Shown here: in pieces, positions 1-8,621 of the stretch
Numbering within the stretch: position 1 is the stretch's first letter
Layout: each line of letters begins with the position of its first letter
Source of the DNA: an uncultured Acidobacteriota bacterium
GTDB taxonomy: Bacteria; Acidobacteriota; Thermoanaerobaculia; UBA5066; Gp7-AA6
Reading direction: 5' to 3'
Assembly (NCBI GenBank): GCA_963764715.1
Contig: CAVXTP010000008.1
Location: 1 to 64,000 of the forward strand
DNA: 64,000 bases
Position numbers and translations under genes: made by a program
The notes under the pieces: model-generated
What the model saw: the letters and a program-made list of their open reading frames with translations, nothing else
Told to the model about the DNA's origin: nothing
Database searches by the model: none

Positions 1-1145
1 TCTGGGAAGTGATGCTGGTGCCGATGTACTTCCTGATCGGGGTATGCGGCGGCCGCACCAGCTCTACGCCGCCATCAAGTTCTTCCTCTACACGCTCGGC
101 TCGGTGCTGATGCTCCTCGGCATCATCGCCCTCTACTTCTACGACACGACCGGCTTACGGGGTACAAGGGCCTCGGCCACGCGCCGGGGCGTCTCGATCG
201 AGGCGCTCACAGCGGTCTCCCAGTCGATGCCGGCCGGGCTCCAGGTGTGGCTCTTCTTCGCGTTCTTCTGCGCTTCGCGATCAAGGTCCCGATGTTCCCG
301 TTCCACACCTGGCTGCCCGACGCCCATACCGCGGCGCCGACGGCCGGGGTCGTGATCCTGGCGGCGATCCTCCTGAAGATGGGGCGTACGGCTTCGTCCG
401 GCTCTGCTGCCATGTTCCCCGAGCGGTCCACAACAGCCGCGTCATCGGCGTCATCGTCACCCTCGCGATCATCGGCATCGTCTCCGCGCCATGGTCACGC
501 TGGTGCAGAAGGACATCAAGCGCCTCGTCGCCTCTTCCTGGGTGTCGCACCTCGGGTCCGTGATGCTCGGGATCTTCGCCTCGACATGGCCGGCATGCAG
601 GGCGGGATCCTCCAGATGATCAACACGGCGTCTCGACCGGCGGGCTCCTCCTTCTCGTGGGCATCGTCTACGAGCGCGCCACCCCGGATCGTCGGAGTAC
701 GGCGGCCTCGCGAAGCCGATGCCGATCTTCGCGACCTACTTCGTCGTCGTCGCCCTCTCCTCGATGGGCCTGCCGCTGCTGAACGGGTTCATCGGCGACT
801 TCACGATCCTGCAGGGCGCCTTCGCACGGAACTTCTCGTCGGCCTTCGCGGCCGCGTCGGGCATCGTGCTCGGGGCCGCGTCCTCTCGGCTCTACCAGCG
901 CATCTTCTTCGGCGAGGTCACCAACCCGGCCAACGCGAGGCTCCCGGACCTGACGCTGCGGGAGCGGCTCGTGCTAGCGCCCCTCGTCATCCTCGCCCTC
1001 TCGATCGGCTGTACCCGAGGCCCATTTTCGACGTCATCCGCAGACCGTCCGAGAGATCGTCGCGATCGTCGGCGGTCCACGGTCGAGGCGCGGCGATGGC
1101 CGAGAAGGCGGACCCCTCCGGCGCCGTCGAGGCCGCCCGCCGTGA
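1..1145 (+). CDS. nuoM: NADH-quinone oxidoreductase subunit M (5'-truncated by window; multiple apparent frameshifts)
   Basis: NuoM motifs spread over several frames: [53 protein letters not shown]; lies directly before nuoN. Confidence 0.9.
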
Positions 1146-2592
1146 CTTTCTCCACGAAGCCGTCGGACTGATCCTGCTCTCGGCGGAGCTCTTCCTCACG
1201 GCGGCGGGGCTGCTGATGCTGACGGTCTCGGTTTTCTTCGAGAAGGCCCGCGAGGAGTTCCTGGGCTTCCTGGCGACGCTCTCGGTCGCGATCACGGGAA
1301 TCCTGGTCGTCTTCGTCGCGTCCCGGCCGGAGCGGTCGGTCCCGATCCTCGGCGGCGCATTCGTCGTCGACAACTTCGCCCTGTTCTTCAAGGGTCTCGT
1401 CCTGACGTCGATCCTGCTGACGATCCTGGCCTCGGTGCGGTTCGTCGGCCAGGCGCCGTACCCGGGGGGCGAGTACTACGCGCTCCTGCTCTTCGCCGGC
1501 GTCGGCATGCTCTTCATGGCCTCGGGCAACAACCTGATCACGATCTACGTCTCGCTCGAGACGATGGCCCTCTCCTCCTACATCCTCGCCGGCTACTTCA
1601 AGGGCGAGGTCAAGTCGACCGAGGCCGCCCTGAAGTACTTCATCCTCGGGGCGTTCTCCTCGGGCGTGCTCCTCTACGGCCTCTCGCTCGTCTACGGGGT
1701 GTCGGGGAAGATGGGCCTTCCGGAGCTCGCGAAGCTCTTCGCGACGACCGAGCGGTCCAACATGCTCATGCTCGGGATCCTTCTCATCCTGGCGGGCCTG
1801 CTCTTCAAGATCGCCGCGGTGCCGTTCCACGTCTGGACGCCGGACGTCTACGAGGGCTCGCCGACGCCCGTGACGGCCTTCTTCTCGGTCGGCCCGAAGG
1901 TCGCGGCGTACGCGATCCTGGCGCGCATCTTCTACGTGGCCTTCGCGAAGTTCCACGCGGACTGGGGGCTCGTCGTCGCCCTCGTCTCGGCGGCGACCAT
2001 GATCCTCGGCAACGTCGCGGCCCTCCTCCAGACGAACGTCAAGCGCATGCTGGCGTACTCCTCGATCGCCAACGCGGGCTACGCGCTGCTCGGCGTCCTC
2101 GGCTTCGCGACCGACTGGGGGCTGTGGGGGATCCTGGTCTACCTGCTCGCCTACACCTTCATGAACTTCGGGGCGTTCACGCTCGTCATCCTGCTCGAGA
2201 GCAAGGGCTACGCGGGCGAGTCGGTCTCGGACTTCAACGGCCTCGCGCAGCGCAACATGCCGGCCGCGATCGTCATGCTCCTCTTCCTCCTGTCGCTCGC
2301 CGGCATCCCGCCGACGGCCGGCTTCATCGGCAAGTACTACCTCTTCACGGCGGCCATGAAGGCGGGCTACGCGTGGCTCGCCGTGCTCGCCGTCGCGATG
2401 TCGGCGGTCTCGCTCTTCTACTACTTCCGGATCGCCGCCGCGATGTTCTTCACCGAGGGCGCCGCGACGAAGCTCCAGAGCTCCTACGCCCTGACGGCCG
2501 TCGCGGCGATCTGCGCGACGGGGACGATCGTAATCGGCGTCGCGCCGCAGCCCTTCCTCGCGATCCTGAAGACCTGCGTTCTCGCGCCCTGA
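1142..2592 (+). CDS. nuoN: NADH-quinone oxidoreductase subunit N
   Basis: Motifs [61 protein letters not shown]. Start inferred at GTG 1142 (GTGA overlap), which needs one frameshift near 1168. Confidence 0.92.
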
Positions 2593-2602
2593 GGGCCCGG
2601 GC

Positions 2603-2812
2603 ATGGCGGGCCTTTCGCGGCAGGGCCTCATCGCCGAAGCGACTTCCGCGGGGCTTCTCTTCCTCCTCGGCCCGGCCGCCGGGTACTTTCTCGGGAAGTG
2701 GCTCGGCGGTCTCCTCGGGTGGGGGCGCGTGCCGTCCTGGATCGGCGCGGCGCTCGGCCTCGTGTCCGCTTTCGTCCACCTCGTCCGCCTGACGGCGAGG
2801 GCTTCCCGGTGA
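2603..2812 (+). CDS. AtpZ/AtpI (ATPase gene 1) family small membrane protein
   Basis: 69 aa, two hydrophobic helices (GYFLGKWLG...IGAALGLVSAF), first gene of the atp block. Confidence 0.75.
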   Translation: MAGLSRQGLIAEATSAGLLFLLGPAAGYFLGKWLGGLLGWGRVPSWIGAALGLVSAFVHLVRLTARASR

Positions 2813-3165
2813 GCGACATCGACGCGGTCGTCCGCCGCGTCCGGAAGCGGGTGTTCGTGATCGGCGCGTTTGCGAGCCTCGGCGCGTTCGCGTTCGGGCC
2901 CCGCGCCGGCGCTTCATTGACAATTTGCGCCGCCGTGGTAATTTCCAGCTTCCTGGTCCTCGAGAAAGCCACGGAGCGTCTGGTCCCCGGCCTCGGCAAG
3001 GCGGATAAGCGAACCCTGATCCCCCTTCTGCTGGTGACCCTTGCGAGCTTTGCGCTTCTCGGGGTGGTTCTTTGGCGATGGAAGGGCTTCGATCCCGCGG
3101 CGGGGGCCGTGGGCCTGTCCGTCGTCGTTCTCGCGGTCATCCCCGAGGTCTGGACGAGGAGGTAG
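2809..3165 (+). CDS. ATP synthase accessory protein I-like membrane protein
   Basis: GTG overlaps previous stop; about 4 hydrophobic segments; directly upstream of atpB. Confidence 0.7.
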   Translation: MSDIDAVVRRVRKRVFVIGAFASLGAFAFGPRAGASLTICAAVVISSFLVLEKATERLVPGLGKADKRTLIPLLLVTLASFALLGVVLWRWKGFDPAAGAVGLSVVVLAVIPEVWTRR

Positions 3166-3171
3166 GCGCGC

Positions 3172-3936
3172 TTGCAGGAGCATCATTCGATTCTCTGGGC
3201 CCCGATCAACGCCCTGTTGATCCGGCTGCTGGGCCATCCGCCGGTCGAGAAGCTTTCGCCGGCCATGGCGCATTTCTTCTTTCCGGACGGCAGGGGAGCG
3301 TGGATCCCGGACGCGGCGATCATGGCCCTGCTCCTGATGGTCCTCGTCGCGATCCTCTTCCCGCTCGCCGCCAGGCGCTTCGACCGTTACCGCCCGGGCG
3401 GCGTGCAGAATTTCCTCGAGATGCTGGTCTCGTTCCTGCGCGGCCTCGTCGCCGAGACGATCGGCGAGACGCACGTTCGGCAGTACCTGCCGATCATCGG
3501 CGTCCTCTTCGTGTTCATCGCGATGGGCAACCTCTTCGGCCTCTTCTTCTTCCTCCAGCCGCCGACGGGTTCGCTCTCGGCCACGGTGGCGCTCGCCGTG
3601 GTCTCCTTTCTCTACTTCAACGCCGAGGGGATCCGGGAGCACGGCGTCGGGGGGTACCTCAAGCACTTCATGGGGCCCCTCATCTGGATCGCGCCCCTCT
3701 TCTTCGTCATCGAGATCATCGGGACCTTCGCCCGGATCCTGTCGCTGTCGCTGCGCCTTTTCATGAACATCTTCGGCGAGCACACGACGACCAACGTCTT
3801 CGCGAGCCTGGTGCCGATCGTGGTGCCCTGGCCGATGATGGCCCTCGGCATCTTCACGGCGTTCCTGCAGGCCTACGTTTTCGCCCTGCTTTCGGCGGTC
3901 TACGTCGGGTCCGCCGTGGCGCACGAGGAGCACTGA
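3172..3936 (+). CDS. atpB: F0F1 ATP synthase subunit a
   Basis: PGGVQNFLE, RILSLSLRLFMNIFGEH (essential Arg), LQAYVFALLSAVY. Confidence 0.96.
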   Translation: MQEHHSILWAPINALLIRLLGHPPVEKLSPAMAHFFFPDGRGAWIPDAAIMALLLMVLVAILFPLAARRFDRYRPGGVQNFLEMLVSFLRGLVAETIGETHVRQYLPIIGVLFVFIAMGNLFGLFFFLQPPTGSLSATVALAVVSFLYFNAEGIREHGVGGYLKHFMGPLIWIAPLFFVIEIIGTFARILSLSLRLFMNIFGEHTTTNVFASLVPIVVPWPMMALGIFTAFLQAYVFALLSAVYVGSAVAHEEH

Positions 3937-4015
3937 TCGGCCGACGGCTCGTGATAGGTTTCGCCGACCATTTTCGCCAAGACGGCGTGAGAAGAAAACT
4001 GAAGGAGATTTTCGG

Positions 4016-4333
4016 ATGCTGAAGAAGACGCTTGTGTTGTGTGCGCTGGCCCTCGTCCTGGCCATGCCCGCGATGGCCCAGGAGACGGCCGCGGCGGCCG
4101 GAGCCGGGGGAGGAGTGAAGTGGGGCGTGATCGGCGCCGCGGTCCTGCTCGGCCTCGCGGCCGCCGCCGGCGCGACGGCCCAGGGCCGGGCGACTTCGGC
4201 CGCGGCCGAGGGAATGTCCCGTAACCCGGGCGCTGCCAAGGACATCCGTGGCATGACGCTGCTCGGCCTGGTCCTCATCGAGTCCCTGGTCCTGTACGCG
4301 CTGCTGATCTGCTTCCTGATCTACAGCCGTTAG
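4016..4333 (+). CDS. atpE: F0F1 ATP synthase subunit c with N-terminal signal-like extension
   Basis: RNP loop, LIESLVLY ion-binding Glu, small-residue helix; SD AAGGAG upstream. Confidence 0.95.
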   Translation: MLKKTLVLCALALVLAMPAMAQETAAAAGAGGGVKWGVIGAAVLLGLAAAAGATAQGRATSAAAEGMSRNPGAAKDIRGMTLLGLVLIESLVLYALLICFLIYSR

Positions 4334-4346
4334 GCCGGGCGGAGAC

Positions 4347-4378
4347 GGTCCCGGGGCCTTTCCGGGCCCCGGGCGACC
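4347..4378 (+). terminator. GC-rich hairpin after atpE
   Basis: cccggggcc ... ggccccggg inverted repeat just after the stop; no U-tract directly after it. Confidence 0.4.
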
Positions 4379-4411
4379 CGTCCTCCCCGGGAGACAGGCT
4401 GACCCCTGCGA

Positions 4412-4437
4412 GAAACCTTCCGGGCATATTCCGCGTA
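4412..4437 (+). promoter_or_regulatory. Candidate ECF-type promoter upstream of the sigma gene
   Basis: GAAAC-N18-GTA, same spacing as the GGAAT-N18-GTT motif at 5261. Confidence 0.35.
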
Positions 4438-4566
4438 CTTTTTTTGAGATTCGAAATAAACGGACGAGCGGCCTAGGCCGTAGAAAAGGCGGAGGTTAGC
4501 CCGGTCCGATCGGTGGCGAGCGCTGCCGGTGCGGTTCGGGCAAGCATTTTGCGATTCCTAGAGGCC

Positions 4567-5217
4567 ATGAAGGCCAACGTGCAGCAAGCCCTGGAGTCGG
4601 GTGAATCGCCGAAGACGGTGTCGGCCTGGGACTTCAATACCCAGGTGATGCCCTTCGTGGACTCGCTCTACAACACCGCGTACCGGATGACCCGCAGCGC
4701 CGAGGACGCCGAAGACCTCGTGCAGGAGACCTACTTCAAGGCCTACAAGTATTACGACAAGTTCGAAGAGGGCACGAACCTCAAGGCCTGGCTCTTCAAG
4801 ATCCTCAAGAACACGTTCATCAACAACTACCGCAAGCGCAAGCTCGAGCCGCGGAGTGTCGATTTCGCCGAAATCGAGGATTCCTTCGAGCGAATCGTGC
4901 GCCGGGACGCCTCGGAGCCGCCCTCGGACCCCGAGTCCGACTTCTTCTCGAGCGTCCTCGACGACGACGTCAAGAAGGCCCTGGAGTCGCTGCCCTACGA
5001 CTACCGGATGGTGGTCGTGCTGGCCGACCTCGAGGACTTCTCCTACAAGGAGATCGCCGAGATCCTGGACTGCCCGGTCGGGACGGTGATGTCCCGCCTG
5101 TACCGCGGGCGCAAGCTCCTCGAAAAGGCCCTGCTCAAGTACGCCCGGAAGCACGGGTACATCCGGGGCGCGGAGCCCACGAAGATGCGGACCCGGCCCA
5201 AGCCGCGGCCGGCCTGA
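4567..5217 (+). CDS. ECF RNA polymerase sigma factor, SigH/SigR-like
   Basis: [60 protein letters not shown]; ATG 4567 has GAGG upstream. Confidence 0.93.
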   Translation: MKANVQQALESGESPKTVSAWDFNTQVMPFVDSLYNTAYRMTRSAEDAEDLVQETYFKAYKYYDKFEEGTNLKAWLFKILKNTFINNYRKRKLEPRSVDFAEIEDSFERIVRRDASEPPSDPESDFFSSVLDDDVKKALESLPYDYRMVVVLADLEDFSYKEIAEILDCPVGTVMSRLYRGRKLLEKALLKYARKHGYIRGAEPTKMRTRPKPRPA

Positions 5218-5260
5218 GGGTTAGAAAGGCCGTTCCCGGGGCCGAAGGGGTCGAAAGAGC

Positions 5261-5286
5261 GGAATAACAGCGCCCGGGGGGCCGTT
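5261..5286 (+). promoter_or_regulatory. SigR/SigH-type promoter motif upstream of the anti-sigma gene
   Basis: GGAAT (5261-5265), exactly 18 nt, then GTT (5284-5286). Confidence 0.5.
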
Positions 5287-5301
5287 TTTCCCCTCGGCTC
5301 G

Positions 5302-5919
5302 ATGAACTGTTCTACCGCTCGCTTTCTCGTCTATGCCTACCTCGACCGCGAGATCCCGCGGTCCGAGGCCGAGGCCCTCCAGCACCACATCGCGATCTGC
5401 CGGCCCTGCGCCATGCGGAGCCGGTCGGCCCGCGGGCTCGGAAGGCTCCTCCGGACCCGTCTCGACTATGCCCGGGCGCCGATCGGCCTGCGCGAGCGCC
5501 TGAACGCAAGCGTCACCGCCCGGATCCGCCCGAGCTACGCGCCCCTCGGGATCGCGGCCTCGGTCGTCCTTCTCATCCTGCCGCTCGTCTCCGACCAGCG
5601 TGGACCCCAGAGCGCCGCCCTTTCCCTCGCTGGCTCGGTCGCGATCGCCGCGCCGTCCTCCTCCCGCGTCGTGCCCGTGTCCCGCCAGATGACCGGGACC
5701 TTCGTCTGCCTCCAGTGCGATGAGCTCCACGCGGGCGGCTCCTGCCCGGCGGAAGAATCGGTTCACGAGCTCGGCTTCTGCGCCGACAACGGCGAGCGCT
5801 GGCGCGTGATGACCACGGACCGCGAGTTCGCGAGCGCCTCGGTCGGCCAGACGGTGACCGTCGAAGGCGTCGCGTTCCCGGAGTCCGGGTTCCTGCGGGC
5901 TTCGCGCGTCGGATATTAG
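5302..5919 (+). CDS. zf-HC2 (ZAS) anti-sigma factor, membrane-anchored
   Basis: YLDRE...HIAICRPC (HxxxCxxC), one TM segment, C-terminal Cys/His-rich domain; follows the sigma gene. Confidence 0.85.
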   Translation: MNCSTARFLVYAYLDREIPRSEAEALQHHIAICRPCAMRSRSARGLGRLLRTRLDYARAPIGLRERLNASVTARIRPSYAPLGIAASVVLLILPLVSDQRGPQSAALSLAGSVAIAAPSSSRVVPVSRQMTGTFVCLQCDELHAGGSCPAEESVHELGFCADNGERWRVMTTDREFASASVGQTVTVEGVAFPESGFLRASRVGY

Positions 5920-6311
5920 CCGTCGCTCGCGCGCGCTCGGTGTCCTGCGCCCTTCGGGCGCACCGCGCTGCGGCTCGCCTGTGGGCTCGACCGCAGCGCT
6001 GGCCACCTCGCTTCGCTCGCTCCCGCGGCGCGGACCTCCTCCCTCCCTTCGGTCGGGAGACTTTCCGCGCCGCGAACGGATGGTGCGGTGCCGCGAAAAT
6101 GAGACGTCGCGGCTCCGGTCGTAGGGGCGGCCGGTCGGGAGACTTTCCGCGCCGCGAACGGATGGTGCGGTGCCGCGGAAATGCGACGTCCGTGGCTCCG
6201 GTCGTAGGGGCGGCCGGTCGGGAGACTTTCCGCGCCGCGAACGGATGGTGCGGTGCCGCGGAAATGCGACGTCCGTGGCTCCGGTCGTAGGGGCGGCCCT
6301 TGCGGCCGCCC
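5920..6311 (+). repeat. Structured dispersed element copy A, with internal 82-83 bp triplication and terminal GTAG-REP
   Basis: Homologous to the reverse complement of 31440-31670; tandem units 6051-6132, 6133-6215, 6216-6298; ends in GTAGGGGCGGCCCTTGCGGCCGCCC. Confidence 0.9.
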
Positions 6312-6352
6312 GCCCACGACGGGCAGGGCGTTGACCGTACAATCGCGGCGCG

Positions 6353-7366
6353 ATGTCGAAGTGGATTGAGGCGAGTGCGCCGGCGCGGGTGGACCTGGCG
6401 GGAGGGACGCTGGATCTGTGGCCGCTGCACGTGCTGCATCCCGGGTCCGTTACGGTCAACCTGGCGATCGATCTCCGGGCGCGGTGCCGGGTGCGGGCGG
6501 GGAGCGCCGGGTTTCGGGTGACGGTGCCGGAGCTCGGGTACGAGCGGACGGTCGACGAGGCGGGCCAGCTCCTCGCGGATCCGCGAAGTGCCCTCGCCGG
6601 GGCCGTCCTCGAGGCCCTCGAAATCGACGAGCCGCGCGAGATCGAGCTCTCGTCCGACGTCCCGTTCGGCTCGGGGCTCGGAGGCTCGTCGGCGCTCACC
6701 GTCGCCATGGCGGCCGCACTCGCGGCGAGCGTCGAGCGTCCTTTCGACGGCGACGGACGCGTCGAGTTCGTCCGCGACGTCGAGACCCGGGTCCTCGGCA
6801 AGCCCGCCGGAACTCAGGACTACTACCCGCCGCTCTCCGGGGGCGTGCACACGCTGCGGTTCCAGCCGGGCGGCGTCGAGGTCGACCGGCGGGACGTCGA
6901 CCGGGGAGCATGGCTGCGCCACCTGACGCTCTACGACACCGGGGCGGCGCATTCCTCCGGGATGAACAACTGGGAGATCTTCCGCGCGCGCCTCGAAGGC
7001 GACCACCTCGTCGCGGCCCGGCTAGACGACGTCCGCGACGCATCCCGGGAGATGGCCGAAGCCGTCGACGCGGGCGACTTTCGCGCGATGGGCTCGGCGC
7101 TGCGGCGGGAGTGGGAGGCGCGCCGGCGGCTCGCGCCGGTGGTGTCCTCTCCGGGCATCGAGGACGCCATCGCGGCGGCGACGGCCGCGGGGGCCTGGGC
7201 GGGCAAGGCCTGCGGCGCCGGCGGCGGGGGCTGCGTCGTGATCCTCGCTCCCGCGGAGAAGACCCCGGCGGTGCGGGAAGCGCTCGGGCGCCTGGCGGGA
7301 GGGCGCCTGCTCCTCGTGGCGGCCGAGAACCCGGGCCTGCGCGTCGGCCCCGTCGCGGGCGCCTAG
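6353..7366 (+). CDS. GHMP family kinase (HddA/sugar-phosphate kinase-like)
   Basis: APARVDLAGGTLD, PFGSGLGGSS, GKACGAGGGG. Confidence 0.88.
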   Translation: MSKWIEASAPARVDLAGGTLDLWPLHVLHPGSVTVNLAIDLRARCRVRAGSAGFRVTVPELGYERTVDEAGQLLADPRSALAGAVLEALEIDEPREIELSSDVPFGSGLGGSSALTVAMAAALAASVERPFDGDGRVEFVRDVETRVLGKPAGTQDYYPPLSGGVHTLRFQPGGVEVDRRDVDRGAWLRHLTLYDTGAAHSSGMNNWEIFRARLEGDHLVAARLDDVRDASREMAEAVDAGDFRAMGSALRREWEARRRLAPVVSSPGIEDAIAAATAAGAWAGKACGAGGGGCVVILAPAEKTPAVREALGRLAGGRLLLVAAENPGLRVGPVAGA

Positions 7367-8235
7367 CGCCGCTTCATCCAGGCGACGCAGCGCTCGACTT
7401 CCCGCCGCATCGCCCCGGGCGAATCGGCATGGAAGCGCTCGCCGTGACCCGGCAGCACCCACTCGAAGTCGTAGTCGAGCAGGCGCTCCATCGAGCGGAT
7501 CGTCTCCGGCCAGGAGTACCAGTTCGCGTCGCGGAAGGCGACCAGGTGGCCGCGGCGTTTCGACCAGGCGAGGTGGTCTCCGGTGAAGAGGTGTCGGTCC
7601 CGGTGGAGGAGCACCGCATGGCCGCGCGTGTGGCCGGGCGTCGGGATCACCGTCAGGTCCGCGTCGAGGCGCACGGGCTCCCGCCCCGAGAGCTTCCATT
7701 CGACCTCCCGGGTCCCGGCCGTGACGTCGTCCCCGTGCATGACGCGGCGGCAGCCGAAGCGCCGGGCCAGCGCCGCGTGGTCGGCGACGTCGTCCCGGTG
7801 GGTCAGGAAGAGGGTCGCGACGCCGCCGCGCTCCTCGAGGGCCTTCAGCAGCGGTCCCGCCGCACGCGGCGAGTCGACGAGGACGTTGCCGGCCGGCCGC
7901 TCGATCAGGTAGCTCCAGGCGCCGAACGAGCTCTCCGCCGTGAAGCCGCAGAAAGAGACGTTCTCGTCGACCCTTTCCGGGAAGGCGCGGGCGCCGACCG
8001 AGGCGTCGGTCTTCGAGACGGTTCCGATCGAGGCCGTCGGGCACGCGACGAGGGCCATGAGGGCGCGCCGGCGATCCGCCTCGTCCGCCGGCTGGGCCCG
8101 CACGTAGGAGTGGCCGGACCCTTCCTCGAAGACCGACGGCGCCACGCGGCGGCAGGTGTCGCAGTCGATGCAACTCGAGTCGACGTAGAAGTCGCCGGGG
8201 ACGTTGTCCGGGAGACGGGAAGCCGGGTTCGCCAT
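7363..8235 (-). CDS. Ferredoxin-fused MBL-fold metallo-hydrolase
   Basis: CIDCDTC...CP ferredoxin motif; THRDD, TPGHTRGH, FTGDH, LPGHG. Confidence 0.88.
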   Translation of the reverse strand: MANPASRLPDNVPGDFYVDSSCIDCDTCRRVAPSVFEEGSGHSYVRAQPADEADRRRALMALVACPTASIGTVSKTDASVGARAFPERVDENVSFCGFTAESSFGAWSYLIERPAGNVLVDSPRAAGPLLKALEERGGVATLFLTHRDDVADHAALARRFGCRRVMHGDDVTAGTREVEWKLSGREPVRLDADLTVIPTPGHTRGHAVLLHRDRHLFTGDHLAWSKRRGHLVAFRDANWYSWPETIRSMERLLDYDFEWVLPGHGERFHADSPGAMRREVERCVAWMKRR

Positions 8236-8241
8236 GGGGTG

Positions 8242-8601
8242 CTAGATCCGGTCGAGCTCCGCCACGGTCTTCTCGCCGACGACGTTGCCGGTGTTGAGCG
8301 TGCCGGCCGGCTCGATCAGGACGACCCAGCACTCCTCCTCGGCCGACGGCTTGTGCTCGACGCCCTTCGGAACGATGAAGAGCTCGCCCTCGGAGAGCTC
8401 GACGTCGCCCGTCCGGAGGCCCATGCGCATCCGCCCCCGGACGACGAGGAAGAGCTCGTCCTCGTCGGGATGGTGGTGCCAGACGAAATCGCCCCGGAGC
8501 TTGACGACCTTGACCTGGTGATCGTTCAGGTCGCCGACGATCTTCGGGTGGAACGTCTCGGCGAAGAGACCGAATTTCTCGAGCAGGTTGACCTTGTGCA
8601 T
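8242..8601 (-). CDS. Cupin domain protein
   Basis: FVWHHHPDEDELF...GELFIVPKGVEH; ATG 8601 with GGAG SD. Confidence 0.88.
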   Translation of the reverse strand: MHKVNLLEKFGLFAETFHPKIVGDLNDHQVKVVKLRGDFVWHHHPDEDELFLVVRGRMRMGLRTGDVELSEGELFIVPKGVEHKPSAEEECWVVLIEPAGTLNTGNVVGEKTVAELDRI

Positions 8602-8621
8602 CGGCTCCTCCGCTCGCGGCG

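Noticed and set aside
247-2592. 781-aa NuoM-NuoN fusion ORF
   Set aside because: Produced by frameshifts: the middle is out-of-frame nonsense and NuoM motifs are spread over three frames.
6051-6298. Possible CRISPR array
   Set aside because: Units are 82-83 bp and essentially identical end to end, with no unique spacers and no cas genes in the window.
5916-6317. Repeat-containing ORFs over the structured element (also 31268-31663 and 31416-31658)
   Set aside because: Conservation between copies follows base pairing, and the 82-83 bp period breaks reading frame, so the element is non-coding.
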